The position numbers were made by a program, and so were the translations under genes. 64,000 nucleotides of DNA, taken from Gammaproteobacteria bacterium (lineage in GTDB: Bacteria; Pseudomonadota; Gammaproteobacteria; Steroidobacterales; Rariloculaceae). The stretch's first letter is position 1. Every line of letters starts with the position of its first letter. Below, in pieces: positions 10,358-22,120 of the stretch. The notes below the pieces were generated by a model, which saw only the letters and a program-made list of their open reading frames with translations, was not told the origin of the DNA and searched no databases. The stretch spans positions 11,959-75,958 of the forward strand of contig JBJHBW010000002.1 of the NCBI GenBank assembly GCA_050485685.1, written 5' to 3'.

Positions 10358-10984
10358 TCAGCGCGCCGTCACCCGCCCCCCGGCAGCCGCGAACCGCGGC
10401 CAGGCCTCGGCCAGGCTGGCGCTGGCTGCGGCGCGATGACTGACGCGATTCTTCTGCTCAGATGTCAGCTCTGCCGCGGTCATGCCCAGCACAGGATCCA
10501 GGAACACCGGGTCGTAACCGAACCCGCCCTGTCCGCGGGGTGCCGTCGCAATGCGCCCATGCCAGCGCCCTTCGACGATAAGCGGCGCCGGATCGTCTGC
10601 CGTATGCAGTGCGACGATTACGCAATGGAAAGCCGCCGCCCTTTCGGTTTCGGGCACGCCGTCCATTGTCGCCAGCAGCTTCGCGATATTGTCAGCGTCG
10701 CTGGCTCGGTCACCGGCATAGCGGGCCGAGCGCACACCGGGCGCGCCGTCCAGCCTGGCCACACATAAACCGGAATCGTCGGCGAGAGCCGGCAGCCCGG
10801 TCTCGCGTGCCGCGTGGCGGGCTTTCAGCAGCGCATTCTCGACGAATGTGACTGCATCCTCGGGCGGCCCGCTGACGCCAAGTTCGCCCTGCGGTATCAG
10901 CTCGCAGCCGGTGGTGCCCAGCAATCGGCCAAGTTCGGCAAGCTTGCCGGCGTTGCCACTGGCCAGCACCCAGCGTCCGGTCAC
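10358..10984 (-). CDS. rdgB: dITP/XTP pyrophosphatase (RdgB/HAM1 family)
   Basis: '[16 protein letters not shown]' and 'GGFGYDPVF' motifs. 4-nt overlap with the rph stop. Confidence 0.9.
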   Translation of the reverse strand: MTGRWVLASGNAGKLAELGRLLGTTGCELIPQGELGVSGPPEDAVTFVENALLKARHAARETGLPALADDSGLCVARLDGAPGVRSARYAGDRASDADNIAKLLATMDGVPETERAAAFHCVIVALHTADDPAPLIVEGRWHGRIATAPRGQGGFGYDPVFLDPVLGMTAAELTSEQKNRVSHRAAASASLAEAWPRFAAAGGRVTAR

Positions 10985-11697
10985 GGGGCGATCGCCGCCG
11001 CCTGGGCTGCAACCAGTTCACGTATGCCGCCGGCGGCCAGATCCAGAAGCCGATCCAGTTCGCCACGCTGGAAAGCGTGACCTTCCGCCGTGCCCTGAAC
11101 CTCGACGAAGCCGCCGCCGTCATTCATGACCACGTTCATATCGGTTTCCGCTTCCGCATCCTCGGCGTAGTCCAGATCCAGCACCGGCAGGCCCTGATAG
11201 ATGCCTACCGACACCGCGGCGACCTGCCCGTGCAGCGGGTTGCGGCTGAAAGTCCGCCGTCGCGCCAGCCGTTCTATCGCCAGCGCCATCGCGACATATC
11301 CGCCGGAAATGGCCGCCGTGCGGGTGCCGCCGTCGGCCTGAAGCACGTCGCAGTCCACGGTGATCGTGTGTTCACCCAGCGCCACCCTGTCCACGACCGC
11401 GCGCAGGCTGCGCCCGATCAGGCGCTGGATCTCGACGGTGCGGCCGGTCTGTTTGCCACGCGCGGCCTCCCGCGACGTGCGGGTATGCGTGGCGCCGGGC
11501 AGCATGCCGTACTCCGCCGTCACCCATCCCTCCTGCCGGCCCTTGAGAAAAGGCGGCACCCTGGCTTCCACGGATGCGGTGCAGAGCACGCGGGTATCGC
11601 CAACGCTGACCAGCACGGAGCCGTCCGCATGTCGTGTGTAGCCGGTCTGGAAACTCACCGGCCGCATCTGGTCGGCATTACGTCCACTGGGGCGCAT
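10981..11697 (-). CDS. rph: Ribonuclease PH
   Basis: '[44 protein letters not shown]' and '[18 protein letters not shown]'. Confidence 0.95.
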   Translation of the reverse strand: MRPSGRNADQMRPVSFQTGYTRHADGSVLVSVGDTRVLCTASVEARVPPFLKGRQEGWVTAEYGMLPGATHTRTSREAARGKQTGRTVEIQRLIGRSLRAVVDRVALGEHTITVDCDVLQADGGTRTAAISGGYVAMALAIERLARRRTFSRNPLHGQVAAVSVGIYQGLPVLDLDYAEDAEAETDMNVVMNDGGGFVEVQGTAEGHAFQRGELDRLLDLAAGGIRELVAAQAAAIAP

Positions 11698-11729
11698 AGG
11701 GCAACTCCTGGTCTGTCGGGCGGGTGGGT

Positions 11730-12554
11730 TCAGGGCGCCAGCCAGCGCACCGCCGCGTACGAGGTATTGTCGCTGTGCGGCGCGTTGCGCGCGACCGCCT
11801 TGCGGGCAAGATCGAGCAGCGCCTGTCCGAGTTCGCCGCGGTCGCTTGCCGTAACGCCGGCGATCTCTGCATCCTGAAGACCCGACCAGAATCCGTCCGT
11901 GCAGGCGAGCAGCACATCGCCCGGCTGCACGGGGAAACTGCCGCTGACGGTCATGTCCGGCAGTATGTCGTCACCGCCCAGACAGCACTCGACGAAATTG
12001 CGCATGGGATGCGTGCGCATCTCGTGTTCGCGAATCACGCCTTCACGCAACAGCAGTTCCACATGGCTGTGATCCCGCGTTCGCGCCTGAATGGCCTGAT
12101 TGCGCAGCTGATAGATTCTGCTGTCACCGACATGCGCAAAGAACGCCATGGATTCCTGCACCAGGCATACCGCGCCCGTAGCCCTGGGCTTGTGATCCAG
12201 CGCCAGAGCGTCACCCAGCGCCACGACACGATCGTGTGCAAGCGCCAGTGTCATGGTCAGGAATCCCTGCGGATCCAGCACCGGATGACGCAGTTCATGA
12301 AAACGCTCGCGCAGCGCATCCACGGTCACCTGCGCCGCCTGCGCACCTTCGGCGTGACCGCCCATGCCGTCCACGACGATGATCAGTGCCGCCGACTCGG
12401 AACACGCGACATGCACCCTGTCCTGATTCTCGTGACGGTTACCGGAAAGACTGAGCTCTTCGCACTCCACTAGCACGGCATACAACTCGTGTCGCTGACT
12501 GGCATAACTTAGACTTGTGGCCCGAACGCCCGCGCATTCTACAGACGGATACAA
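11730..12554 (-). CDS. PP2C-family Ser/Thr protein phosphatase
   Basis: 'HENQDRV', '[11 protein letters not shown]', 'HVGDSRIY' and 'LLACTDGFW' PP2C motifs. The exact start is uncertain. Confidence 0.75.
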   Translation of the reverse strand: MYPSVECAGVRATSLSYASQRHELYAVLVECEELSLSGNRHENQDRVHVACSESAALIIVVDGMGGHAEGAQAAQVTVDALRERFHELRHPVLDPQGFLTMTLALAHDRVVALGDALALDHKPRATGAVCLVQESMAFFAHVGDSRIYQLRNQAIQARTRDHSHVELLLREGVIREHEMRTHPMRNFVECCLGGDDILPDMTVSGSFPVQPGDVLLACTDGFWSGLQDAEIAGVTASDRGELGQALLDLARKAVARNAPHSDNTSYAAVRWLAP

Positions 12555-12558
12555 GCAG

Positions 12559-13425
12559 ATGCCTTACAGCATGACAGGTTTCTCATCGGCGACAGCCGAA
12601 TCCGGCCCGTTCAGCCTGGTCTGGGAACTGCGCAGCGTCAATCACCGCTTCCTGGACACCAGCTTCCGGCTGCCCGATGAACTGAAGTCGCTGGAAGCAC
12701 GCTGTCGTGAAGCCGTCAGTGCACGACTTGCGCGCGGCAAGGTGGATTGCACACTGCGCATCACGCGACTGGCCGCGGCCGACTCCGGCGGTGAAGTGGT
12801 AGCGGAGAAACTGGCGGCGCTGCGCACGCTCGCGGACCGCGTCAGTGCCGAATTCCCTGATGCAAGCCCGCTGACTCTATCGGAAATCCTGCGCTGGCCG
12901 GGCGTGCTGCAGGAAGCGCGTGAGTCGGCAGAGTCGCTGGCGGAACCTGTGACAGCAACGCTGAACGAGGCACTTCAGGGGCTGCAGGACGCAAGGCGCC
13001 GCGAAGGCGAGCGCACGGCGGCGCTGCTCACGCAGCGTACCGATGCGATAGATGCACTGGTGAACGCAATCAGGCCGCGGCTGCCGGGCCTGGAGCAATC
13101 CTACCGGGCGAAGCTGCACGAGCGCCTGCAGAAACTGGACATCACAGCCAATCCGGAAAGGCTGGAGCAGGAGCTGGTGCTGATCGCGCAGCGACTGGAT
13201 ATCAGCGAGGAAGTCGACCGCCTGACGGGCCATGTCGCCGAGGTGCGTGACGTGCTGCAGCGTGATGAACCGGTGGGCAGACGCCTGGATTTTCTGATCC
13301 AGGAACTCAACCGCGAAGCCAACACTCTGGCGTCCAAATCTCAGGACGAGGAACTCACTCGCGCTGCGGTGGACATCAAGGTGCTGATCGAGCAGATGCG
13401 CGAACAGGTACAGAACCTGGAGTGA
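12559..13425 (+). CDS. yicC: YicC-family stress-induced protein
   Basis: 'MPYSMTGFSS...WELRSVNHRFLD' and C-terminal 'DFLIQELNREANTLASKS'. Start moved to ATG 12559 to match the family N-terminus. Confidence 0.85.
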   Translation: MPYSMTGFSSATAESGPFSLVWELRSVNHRFLDTSFRLPDELKSLEARCREAVSARLARGKVDCTLRITRLAAADSGGEVVAEKLAALRTLADRVSAEFPDASPLTLSEILRWPGVLQEARESAESLAEPVTATLNEALQGLQDARRREGERTAALLTQRTDAIDALVNAIRPRLPGLEQSYRAKLHERLQKLDITANPERLEQELVLIAQRLDISEEVDRLTGHVAEVRDVLQRDEPVGRRLDFLIQELNREANTLASKSQDEELTRAAVDIKVLIEQMREQVQNLE

Positions 13426-14054
13426 ACGCACACAGCCACAAGCCATCGCGAGGTCGGCTGATCGTGCTGTCGGCACCATCCGGCGCCGGCAAGACCACGA
13501 TCGCGCACAATCTGATGGCGCGTGATCCTGCGGTACGGTTCTCGATTTCGTATACGACGCGTCCGCCGCGCGGCGCCGAGCGGCACGGCCGCGATTACTT
13601 CTTTGTCGAACCGGACCAGTTCGACCGCATGGTCGCCGACGATGCGTTCCTCGAGCATGCCGAGGTTTTCGGCCACCGTTACGGCACCGGGCGCGACCAT
13701 GTGGAATCCATGCTCGCAGCCGGCAATTCGGTGCTGCTGGATATCGACTGGCAGGGCGCACGCCAGGTTGCGGCCCGGGCGCCGGACGCCATCACTGTAT
13801 TCGTGTTCCCGCCATCCATGAAGGAACTGGAACGACGGCTGCGCGAACGCGGCACCGATGCGGCCGACGAGATCGCCCGGCGCATGCACGCCGCGCGCGC
13901 GGAAATGAGTCACTGGGACGAATTCGCCTATCTGCTGGTCAATGACGATGTGGACATGGCCACCGACCGCCTGGCGGATATCGTCGCCGGGCGCGGCGCC
14001 GAGTGGCGCGGCAGTGCGCAGGCCACCGTGGCACGGGCCATACTGGCCTCCTGA
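13422..14054 (+). CDS. gmk: Guanylate kinase
   Basis: P-loop '[10 protein letters not shown]' and '[20 protein letters not shown]'. GTG start overlaps the yicC stop. Confidence 0.9.
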   Translation: MNAHSHKPSRGRLIVLSAPSGAGKTTIAHNLMARDPAVRFSISYTTRPPRGAERHGRDYFFVEPDQFDRMVADDAFLEHAEVFGHRYGTGRDHVESMLAAGNSVLLDIDWQGARQVAARAPDAITVFVFPPSMKELERRLRERGTDAADEIARRMHAARAEMSHWDEFAYLLVNDDVDMATDRLADIVAGRGAEWRGSAQATVARAILAS

Positions 14055-14221
14055 ATCGCCGGGATTTGCCGGCACCCGGCGTTGCAGTACACTGGCAAGG
14101 CCTGCCGCGGCTGATGATTGGCATGGCAGCGGAAAGCCTGTGCACATCAGCCCCGGATATGCAGTGCCTGGTCATCCAGTGCATCTGTTCCAGCAACCGT
14201 TTTGCGCAAGGAGGCCGGACC

Positions 14222-14515
14222 ATGGCCAGAATTACTGTCGAAGACTGTACTGACAAGATCCCGAACATGTTCCAGCTGGTGCTGGTGGCATCGCGGCGTG
14301 CGCGCCAGCTCGCGAACGGCGCCGAAGCCATGGTCGACTGGGAGAACGACAAGCCCACCGTGGTCGCGCTGCGGGAGATCGCCGAAGGCTATATAGACGA
14401 GAGCATTCTCCTGGAGCGGGAGCGGCCCGCAGACGAGCTGCTGGACTTTGACACAGGCGCCGCGTCGCTGCCGGACGATCTGCTGGCGGTACGCCCCGGC
14501 GCACTGGACGAGTGA
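14222..14515 (+). CDS. rpoZ: DNA-directed RNA polymerase subunit omega
   Basis: '[30 protein letters not shown]'. Start at ATG 14222; the upstream part of the track ORF was discarded. Confidence 0.9.
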   Translation: MARITVEDCTDKIPNMFQLVLVASRRARQLANGAEAMVDWENDKPTVVALREIAEGYIDESILLERERPADELLDFDTGAASLPDDLLAVRPGALDE

Positions 14516-14556
14516 CCGTCCGGCGTCGGCGATAAGCCGGCGCACGGTCAGACGAC

Positions 14557-16716
14557 ATGGATTACGGGGCAGCCATTCGCGAACGACGGCTGCCCGCCGT
14601 CTGGCGGACCGACGCGTTCGCCCAGCTGCTGTCGCGACTGCAGACCTACCTGCCGCCGGAAGATCTGGCATCCATCGCCCAGGCCTACGAATTCGGGGCC
14701 GAGATGCATCGCGGCCAGAAGCGACGCACCGGTGACCCCTACATCACCCACCCGGTAGCCGTCGCCGAAATCCTCGCGGGCCTGCACCTGGACGCCGGCT
14801 CCATCAAGGCGGCACTGCTGCACGACGTGCTCGAGGATACGCCGGCCACCCGCGAGCAGATTCGCGATCTGTTCGGCGAGGATGTGGCGTTGCTGGTGGA
14901 TGGCGTCAGCAAGCTGGACCAGCTGCACTTCGACAGCGCCGCGGAGGCGCAGGCCGAGAGCTTCCGCAAGATGCTGCTGGCCATGGTTCAGGATCTGCGC
15001 GTGATTCTGGTCAAACTGGCCGACCGCACGCACAACATGCGCACCATAGACGCACTGCCGGCGGAAAAACGCCGCCGCATCGCCCGTGAAACGCTGGACA
15101 TCTACGCGCCTATCGCAAACCGGCTCGGCATCTACAGCATCAAGATAGAGCTCGAGGATCTCGGCTTTCGCACATTCCATCCGTTCCGCTACCGGGTGCT
15201 GGAGCGGGCGCTGCGCCGCGCCAAGGGCAATCAGCGGCACTTCCTGCGCAAGATAGAAGCACGGTTCCGCCAGGGGCTGGAAAACGCCGGAGTTCTCGCA
15301 CGCGTCAACGCGCGCGAGAAGCACCTGTACAGCATCTATATGAAGATGCTGCGCAAGAACCTGCATCTGTCCGAAATCGTGGACGTGTATGGCGTGCGCA
15401 TCATCGTGCCGGATGTCGACACCTGCTACCGCGTGATCGGCCTTGCGCATCAGCTGTTCAAGCCCATGCCCGGGCGCTTCAAGGACTACATCGCCATCCC
15501 GCGCGTGAACGGCTACCAGTCGCTGCACACCACACTGTTCGGCCCCAACGGTCTGCCGCTGGAAGTTCAGATCCGCACCGAGGAGATGGACAAGGTCGCC
15601 GAGCGCGGCATCGCCGCGCACTGGCAGTACAAGGCGATAGACAAGCAGACCTATTCGACCGAGGAACGCGTGCGGCAATGGCTGTCCGGCCTGATGGAGA
15701 TGCAGCATGCGGCAAACTCCGAGGAGTTCCTCGAGACCGTCAAGGTCGATCTTTTCCCGGACAAGGTCTACGTATTCACCCCCAAGGGCGAGATCCTGCG
15801 ACTGCCGCGCGGGGCGACCGCCGTGGACTTCGCCTATTCGGTACATACCGACGTCGGCAATCACTGCGTGGCGGCCAAGATCGATCGCAAGCCGGTGCCG
15901 CTGAAAACGGTGCTGCACAACGGCGAAACCGTGGAGATCATCACCGCGCGAAACGCCAGACCCAATCCCAACTGGATGAACTTCGTCGTCACCGCCAAGG
16001 CACGCAATGCGGTGCGCGCCTACCTGCGCAATCTGCAACGCGACGAAGCGCGCGAGTTCGGCAGACGACTGCTGGCCCAGGCGCTGCGGCCGTACTCGAT
16101 CAATCCGCGCCGACTGTCCAAACCGCAGGTGGAATCGCTGCTGAAGGAACTGGAGATCGAGGACATGGACACGCTGCATGAGCAGCTTGGCCTGGGTGAG
16201 CGACTGGCGCCAGTGGTCGCGGGCCTGCTCGCACAACAGGGCAGCGGCGAAGATTCCGACGCGGCCGCCAGACGTGCGCCGCTGGATATCGCCGGCACCG
16301 AGGGCATGGTGGTCAGCTATGCGCGCTGCTGCTACCCGATACCCGGTGACGAGATCGTCGGCTTCATGTCCAGCGGACGCGGCATCGTGATCCACCGTAC
16401 CCAGTGCCGCAACATCGCCGAGTATCGCAAACAGCCGTCGAAATGGATTCCGGTCAACTGGAAACGCAACGTCAAGGGCGAGTTTCTGACCGAGATTCAG
16501 GTGCGCACATTCGATAGGGTAGGATTGCTCGCCGAAGTTGCCGGGCGCATATCCGCATCCGGCAGCAACATCGCGCAGGTGCGCGTTGAAACGGAAGGCG
16601 ACGCGTCCACGCTGTTGTTCGGAATCAAGGTGCGCAGCCGCTCTCAGCTCGCGCATGTGATTCGCAGCCTGCGTACGATTCCCGGCGTGGTACGCGTCAG
16701 TCGCAGCACCGGTTGA
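14557..16716 (+). CDS. spoT: Bifunctional (p)ppGpp synthetase/hydrolase
   Basis: HD domain '[15 protein letters not shown]...LLHDVLEDT', synthetase core 'YQSLHTTL', and TGS and ACT-like C-terminus. Follows rpoZ as in the gmk-rpoZ-spoT block. Confidence 0.9.
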   Translation: MDYGAAIRERRLPAVWRTDAFAQLLSRLQTYLPPEDLASIAQAYEFGAEMHRGQKRRTGDPYITHPVAVAEILAGLHLDAGSIKAALLHDVLEDTPATREQIRDLFGEDVALLVDGVSKLDQLHFDSAAEAQAESFRKMLLAMVQDLRVILVKLADRTHNMRTIDALPAEKRRRIARETLDIYAPIANRLGIYSIKIELEDLGFRTFHPFRYRVLERALRRAKGNQRHFLRKIEARFRQGLENAGVLARVNAREKHLYSIYMKMLRKNLHLSEIVDVYGVRIIVPDVDTCYRVIGLAHQLFKPMPGRFKDYIAIPRVNGYQSLHTTLFGPNGLPLEVQIRTEEMDKVAERGIAAHWQYKAIDKQTYSTEERVRQWLSGLMEMQHAANSEEFLETVKVDLFPDKVYVFTPKGEILRLPRGATAVDFAYSVHTDVGNHCVAAKIDRKPVPLKTVLHNGETVEIITARNARPNPNWMNFVVTAKARNAVRAYLRNLQRDEAREFGRRLLAQALRPYSINPRRLSKPQVESLLKELEIEDMDTLHEQLGLGERLAPVVAGLLAQQGSGEDSDAAARRAPLDIAGTEGMVVSYARCCYPIPGDEIVGFMSSGRGIVIHRTQCRNIAEYRKQPSKWIPVNWKRNVKGEFLTEIQVRTFDRVGLLAEVAGRISASGSNIAQVRVETEGDASTLLFGIKVRSRSQLAHVIRSLRTIPGVVRVSRSTG

Positions 16717-16748
16717 ACACCGGCTCCAGACAATCAGCAGGAGTATTC

Positions 16749-17135
16749 GTGAGCACAAAGTTCGAGGCGATTCACTCGTCGGCCGCACCGGCCGCGATCG
16801 GCACCTACAGTCAGGCCATCAGGGCCGGCAACACGGTCTACCTTTCGGGCCAGATTCCGCTCGATCCGGAGCGCATGGAGCTCGTGGGCGGCGGTGCAAG
16901 GGAGCAGATCCGGCAGGTGCTGGACAACCTGTCCGAAGTCGCAAAGGCGGCCGGCGGTTCGCTCGCGAATATCGCCAAACTCAATGTCTTCCTGACGGAC
17001 CTCACCGATTTTCCGCTGGTCAACGAAGTGATGTCAGAGTACTTCAGCGAGCCCTATCCGGCTCGCGCTGCGATCGGTGTGGCTGCACTGCCCAAGAACG
17101 CCACCGTGGAAATGGACGCGATCCTCGTGCTCTAG
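16749..17135 (+). CDS. ridA: RidA/YjgF-family reactive intermediate deaminase
   Basis: '[26 protein letters not shown]' and '[20 protein letters not shown]'. GTG 16749 is preceded by AGGAG. Confidence 0.85.
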   Translation: MSTKFEAIHSSAAPAAIGTYSQAIRAGNTVYLSGQIPLDPERMELVGGGAREQIRQVLDNLSEVAKAAGGSLANIAKLNVFLTDLTDFPLVNEVMSEYFSEPYPARAAIGVAALPKNATVEMDAILVL

Positions 17136-17143
17136 AGGCCACC

Positions 17144-19282
17144 GTGCCCGTATCCGAGCAGCCCGCAGGCAACTCGCAGCGCGCCCGCCGGCGTCCGGAT
17201 TCCAGCCGGCCGGCAGCGCCCGTAGCGCGGCTCGATGCTTCTGTCGCCGGCCTGCGCGGCGTGGGCGCAGCCGTCGGTGGACGGCTCGCACGACTGGGCG
17301 TTGAGCGCATCGCCGATCTGTTGTGGCTGCTGCCGGTACGCTACGAAAACCGCACCGAGCTGCGCGCTCTGGGTTCGCTGCGTGCCGGGGAAAAGGCGCT
17401 GGTGCAGGGTCGACTGGAACTGGTCGAAGTCACGATGCGGCGGCGCCGTTCCCTGCTGTGCCGGATAGCGGACGGCACCGGCGCCATCACGTTGCGCTTC
17501 TTTCATTTTTCCGCCGCACAGCACGACGCATTGCAGCGCGGCATTCATCTGCGCTGCTACGGCGAGGTCCGCGCCGGTCCCACCGGCCTTGAGATGGTAC
17601 ACCCGGAATACCGCAGCGTGAGCGGCGACGAGCCGCCCGAACGCACGCTGACGCCGGTGTATCCGTCCACCGAAGGGCTGCATCAGCAGCGCATACGCGC
17701 ACTGGTTCATCAGGCGCTGGAACTGCTCAGCGAACAGCCACTGGATGACTTTGTTGCCCCGTGGCTGCCGCGCGACTGGCCAGGACTGACGGCCGCACTG
17801 CTGCACATTCATCGCCCACCCGCGGGCACGGAGCCTGATGCGCTGATCACCGGACGCGACCGTCACCTGAAGCGCCTGGCGCTGGAGGAGCTGGTCGCGC
17901 ACCGGCTCAGCCTCAAGCGCAACAGCATGCTGGCCACCGGTTCTTCGGCGCTGGCACTGGTGCCGGAAGATGACGCCATCGACCGCCTGCGTGCATCGCT
18001 GCCGTTCACGATGACCGGCGCGCAGCAGCGGGCTATTGCCGAGGTGATCGCGGATCTCGCCTCCACGACGCCGATGCAGCGACTGCTGCAGGGCGATGTG
18101 GGATCCGGCAAGACCGTGGTCGCTGCTGCCGCCGCCGTCGCCACTGCAGCGGCCGGTGCCCAGACCGCGGTGATGGCGCCGACGGAACTGCTTGCCGAGC
18201 AGCACCTGGCGAACCTGTCGCAGTGGCTTGAACCGCTGGGCATCACCGTCGCGGGTCTGACCGGATCCACGACTGCCAAGGCGCGAGCCAGAATAGAGTC
18301 TGAAGTGGCGGAAGGCCGCATAGCGGTCGTGACCGGCACCCATGCCCTGTTCCAGAGCAGAATGCGCTTTCAGCGTCTGGGACTCGTGATCGTGGATGAA
18401 CAGCATCGCTTTGGCGTGGAGCAGCGGCTGGAACTCACGCGCAAGAGCGGGTCCGCCCACGCACCGCATCAGCTGATCATGACCGCGACACCGATTCCGC
18501 GCACACTGGCCATGACCGCCTATGCCGACCTTGCCTGCTCGGTCATGGACGAGCTGCCACCCGGCCGGGAACCGGTGCGCACGGTGGTCATCCCGGAAGC
18601 CCGCCGCCCGGAGCTGGTGCAGCGGGTGGCCGTGCATTGTCGCAGCGGGCAACAGGCCTACTGGGTGTGTCCGTTGATCGAGGAGTCCGAGCAGCTCGAT
18701 TCCAGCGCCGCCGAACAGCTGCTGCGCGACCTTGAGGCCGCGCTGCCCGACCTGTCGCTGGGCCTTGTGCACGGTCGCATGAAAGCCGCGGCGAAAGATG
18801 CCGCGATGCGCGCATTCAAATCCGGCGCCACGCAACTGCTGGTCGCCACCACGGTGATAGAGGTCGGCGTGGACGTACCGAATGCCACGCTGATGATCAT
18901 AGAGAATGCCGAACGCATGGGACTGGCTCAGCTGCATCAGTTGCGCGGTCGCGTGGGGCGCGGAGCAAAGGCTTCATCCTGTGTGCTGATCTACAAGCCG
19001 CCGCTGTCGCAGGTGGCCCGCGAACGGTTGCGTGTGCTGCGCGAGACCACCGACGGGTTTGTCGTCGCCGAGCAGGATCTCAAGCTTCGTGGCCCCGGGG
19101 AGGTGCTGGGCACACGACAGACCGGCGTGATGGCGCTGCGCATTGCGGACCTCATCCGTGACGCTGCCCTGCTGCCGCAGGTGGTGCGCGTGTCGGAAGC
19201 GCTGGCAGCGGAGAATCCCGCCGCCGTTCCGCCACTGCTCAAGCGCTGGATACATGGCGCAACCGAATACGCCAGGGTATGA
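17144..19282 (+). CDS. recG: ATP-dependent DNA helicase RecG
   Basis: 'LLQGDVGSGKT', 'DEQHRFGV' and 'LHQLRGRVGRG'. 712 aa. Confidence 0.9.
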   Translation: MPVSEQPAGNSQRARRRPDSSRPAAPVARLDASVAGLRGVGAAVGGRLARLGVERIADLLWLLPVRYENRTELRALGSLRAGEKALVQGRLELVEVTMRRRRSLLCRIADGTGAITLRFFHFSAAQHDALQRGIHLRCYGEVRAGPTGLEMVHPEYRSVSGDEPPERTLTPVYPSTEGLHQQRIRALVHQALELLSEQPLDDFVAPWLPRDWPGLTAALLHIHRPPAGTEPDALITGRDRHLKRLALEELVAHRLSLKRNSMLATGSSALALVPEDDAIDRLRASLPFTMTGAQQRAIAEVIADLASTTPMQRLLQGDVGSGKTVVAAAAAVATAAAGAQTAVMAPTELLAEQHLANLSQWLEPLGITVAGLTGSTTAKARARIESEVAEGRIAVVTGTHALFQSRMRFQRLGLVIVDEQHRFGVEQRLELTRKSGSAHAPHQLIMTATPIPRTLAMTAYADLACSVMDELPPGREPVRTVVIPEARRPELVQRVAVHCRSGQQAYWVCPLIEESEQLDSSAAEQLLRDLEAALPDLSLGLVHGRMKAAAKDAAMRAFKSGATQLLVATTVIEVGVDVPNATLMIIENAERMGLAQLHQLRGRVGRGAKASSCVLIYKPPLSQVARERLRVLRETTDGFVVAEQDLKLRGPGEVLGTRQTGVMALRIADLIRDAALLPQVVRVSEALAAENPAAVPPLLKRWIHGATEYARV

Positions 19283-20265
19283 AGCGGGGTTCATCCATGC
19301 CGGGCAGAAAGAAGGCATCCGACACCAGCACGCGCCTGAAGCTTGCGCGCTACCGCACGCGCGTGCGGCTGGCACAGCTGTCCGAGCAGGTCGTCGCGTT
19401 GCTGCAGCGCTGTTCGGGCTATGCGCGACTGATGCGACTGGACAGACCTGTGGGCATCTGGCTGCTGCTGTGGCCAACGCTATGGGCATTATGGATCGCC
19501 GGCGATGGTCGACCGGATCCGCAGGTGTTCATCGTATTCGTGGTCGGCACGGTGCTGCTGCGTTCCGCCGGCTGCGTGTTCAACGACTTCGCGGATCGCA
19601 ACATCGACCCCCATGTCCGACGTACGCGTGACAGGCCGCTGGCGACCGGCGAAGTCAGCGTGCCCGAAGCGCTGGCGCTGGCGGGGGGACTGATGCTGAT
19701 CGCGCTCGGTCTGGTGCTGACCATGAACCGCCTGACCATACAGCTGGCATTGATCGGCGCCGTGCTGGCTGTCGCCTATCCGTTTGCCAAACGCGTGATC
19801 GCGACGCCGCAGCTGGTGCTGGGCCTTGCATTCGCCTGGGGCGTGCCGATGGCATTCGCCGCACAGCTGGGCGAGATACCGCGGCTGGGCTGGCTGCTGT
19901 TCCTGGTGGCGCTGGTCTGGGTCGTGGTCTACGACACGCAGTACGCGATGGTGGATCGCGACGACGATGTCGAACTGGGCGTGAAATCCACCGCAATCTT
20001 CTTTGGCGAGATGGACCGCATGGTGATCGGTGGTCTGCAGCTGGTGGTGCTGGCTGGGCTTGCGCTGGTCGGACACGGCGCGGGGCTGGGCCTTTGGTTC
20101 GGCGCCGGGCTGGTGGCCGCAGCGGTGTTCTTTGCATGGCAGACCTGGCTGATCCGCGACCGCGCACCGCAGCCATGCTTGCGCGCGTTCCTGAACAACG
20201 CCTGGTTCGGTGCGGCGGTATTCGCGGGCATTGTGCTCGACTACATCTTCCGCGCCGGAACCTGA
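19279..20265 (+). CDS. ubiA: 4-hydroxybenzoate polyprenyltransferase
   Basis: 'RLDRPVGIWLLLWPTLWAL', 'NDFADRNIDPHVRRT' and 'YDTQYAMVDRDDD'. ATGA overlap with the recG stop; an internal start is possible. Confidence 0.85.
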   Translation: MKRGSSMPGRKKASDTSTRLKLARYRTRVRLAQLSEQVVALLQRCSGYARLMRLDRPVGIWLLLWPTLWALWIAGDGRPDPQVFIVFVVGTVLLRSAGCVFNDFADRNIDPHVRRTRDRPLATGEVSVPEALALAGGLMLIALGLVLTMNRLTIQLALIGAVLAVAYPFAKRVIATPQLVLGLAFAWGVPMAFAAQLGEIPRLGWLLFLVALVWVVVYDTQYAMVDRDDDVELGVKSTAIFFGEMDRMVIGGLQLVVLAGLALVGHGAGLGLWFGAGLVAAAVFFAWQTWLIRDRAPQPCLRAFLNNAWFGAAVFAGIVLDYIFRAGT

Positions 20266-21002
20266 TTCCGCGCCGGCGGCCGATCGCGGTCTCCGGGCAA
20301 AGTGCGCGCCACCGCCCATGCGACCACGGTAGTCGCACCGGCCGCGCGCAGGGCCGCCGCGGCCGCATTGACCGTTGCGCCGGTGGTGATGACGTCATCC
20401 ACCAGCGCCAGACGCCGGCCCGCCTGTGCCGTTGCGCACGCGAAGGCACCGGTCATGTTGTCGAGTCGCCCCGCGCCGCGCAGACCGGTCTGCGGCGTCG
20501 TCGCGTAGCGTCGTGTCAGGCCTGCACCTGACACGGGCAGACGCAGGGCGCCGGCCGTCGCCCGCGCAATCTCGAACGCCTGGTTGTAGCCACGCTCGAT
20601 CAGTCGTCGGCGATGCAGGGGCACGGCCACCACCGTATCGATGTTCTGCTGTGCACCGCCCGCCGCCACCGCATCGGCCAGCAGCAGACCCAGCGCCCGT
20701 CCCAGCCGCCGTGCGCCCCCGAACTTCAGGGCGAGCAGATAATCTGCCGCGGGCCTTGCGTACCGCAGCGGCGCAACAATGCCATCCAGCTGCCAGCCTT
20801 CCGGATCCGCCGGACACCGGACAACCGGCTTCGGCAATGCGCAGCCGGGACAGGGTGCGGCCACTCTCAGCAGTTCCTCTCCGCATCCCTGACACAGCCC
20901 GCGCAAGCTGTTCCCGGTACACACCGGACAGCGTTCCGGCGGCAGAAGATAACGCAGCCAATGTCCGATCATGCTCACCGCTCCGCGTTGACACTGCGAC
21001 AA
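20241..21002 (-). CDS. comF: ComF-family protein (phosphoribosyltransferase domain)
   Basis: N-terminal Cys pairs 'CPVCTG...CQGCGEE' and C-terminal PRT motif 'LALVDDVITTGATV'. Divergent from bioB. Confidence 0.75.
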   Translation of the reverse strand: MSQCQRGAVSMIGHWLRYLLPPERCPVCTGNSLRGLCQGCGEELLRVAAPCPGCALPKPVVRCPADPEGWQLDGIVAPLRYARPAADYLLALKFGGARRLGRALGLLLADAVAAGGAQQNIDTVVAVPLHRRRLIERGYNQAFEIARATAGALRLPVSGAGLTRRYATTPQTGLRGAGRLDNMTGAFACATAQAGRRLALVDDVITTGATVNAAAAALRAAGATTVVAWAVARTLPGDRDRPPARNQVPARKM

Positions 21003-21093
21003 CGCCTACTGATACTGCGGACCGCGCTGCCTGACATCACCCCGCGCCAGCGTCCCGTACTGGCCCCGAATCAGCGAGCGGAGAATCTGCACA

Positions 21094-22089
21094 GTGACAG
21101 TTGAATTGCAGTTGGACGGTCTGAGAATCACCTCCGAACCGCGCCGGGACTGGACGTCCGACGAAGTGGAACGGCTTCTGGATCTGCCGCTGGCCGATCT
21201 GCTGTTCGCTGCGCAGAACGTGCACAGGGCGCACTTCGACCCGAACAGCGTGCAGGTCTCCACGCTGCTGTCCATCAAGACCGGCGCGTGCCCGGAGGAC
21301 TGCGCCTACTGCCCGCAGAGCGTGCGTTTCGACACGGGTCTGGAACGCCAGGAACTGATGTCACTGGACGAAGTGAAGGCAGCGGCGAAACGGGCGCGGG
21401 ACGCCGGTGCCACCCGATTCTGCATGGGCGCCGCGTATCGCAGCCCCAAGGACCGCCACCTCGTGCCGATTGCCGAGATGATTCGCGAGGTCAAGAGTCT
21501 GGGACTTGAGACCTGCGCAACGCTGGGCATGCTCACCGAAGAGCAGGCCGCGACGCTCGCCGAGGCCGGTCTGGATTACTACAACCACAATCTCGACACA
21601 TCGGAAGCGTATTACCCGAAGATCATTTCCACCCGCACCTACGACGACCGTCTGCGCACGCTGGCGAACGTACGCACCGCGGGCCTGAAGGTCTGCTGCG
21701 GCGGCATCCTGGGCATGGGCGAAACGCGTACAGACCGCGCTGCGATGCTGGCCACGCTGGCGGGTCTTGATCCGCAGCCGGAAAGCGTACCGGTGAATCG
21801 TCTCGTCGCCGTGCCCGGCACCCCGCTGGCGGACGCCGCGCCGCTGGATGACTTCGAGTTCGTGCGCACGATCGCCGCCACGCGCATACTGATGCCGCGC
21901 GCGCATGTGCGCCTGTCGGCAGGGCGCACCGATTTCAGCGATGCCATGCAGGCGCTGTGCTTTCTGGCCGGTGCCAACTCCATTTTCTACGGCGATCGCC
22001 TGCTGACCACCGACAATCCCGACGAGCAGGACGATCACGCGCTGTTTGCGCGCCTCGGGCTGAAGCCGGAGCCCGCCACCGCCGCCTGA
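21094..22089 (+). CDS. bioB: Biotin synthase
   Basis: Radical-SAM '[11 protein letters not shown]' and 'YNHNLDTS'. GTG start. Confidence 0.95.
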   Translation: MTVELQLDGLRITSEPRRDWTSDEVERLLDLPLADLLFAAQNVHRAHFDPNSVQVSTLLSIKTGACPEDCAYCPQSVRFDTGLERQELMSLDEVKAAAKRARDAGATRFCMGAAYRSPKDRHLVPIAEMIREVKSLGLETCATLGMLTEEQAATLAEAGLDYYNHNLDTSEAYYPKIISTRTYDDRLRTLANVRTAGLKVCCGGILGMGETRTDRAAMLATLAGLDPQPESVPVNRLVAVPGTPLADAAPLDDFEFVRTIAATRILMPRAHVRLSAGRTDFSDAMQALCFLAGANSIFYGDRLLTTDNPDEQDDHALFARLGLKPEPATAA

Positions 22090-22120
22090 ACCGGCTGGGG
22101 CACCTGGGGGTCCCGGGCAC

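Noticed and set aside
14548-16788. Very long antisense ORFs in the supplied track. Examples: 746 aa opposite spoT, 717 aa at 30823-32976 opposite uvrD, 601 aa at 17132-18937 opposite recG, and 531 aa at 24084-25679 opposite ctaD. Others: 615 aa at 56292-58139, 602 aa at 40627-42435, 373 aa at 33121-34242 and 321 aa at 29772-30737.
   Set aside because: Each lies exactly opposite a gene with unmistakable family motifs. Their translations are Arg/Gly/His/Gln-rich with no motifs. Stop-poor antisense frames are expected in high-GC DNA.
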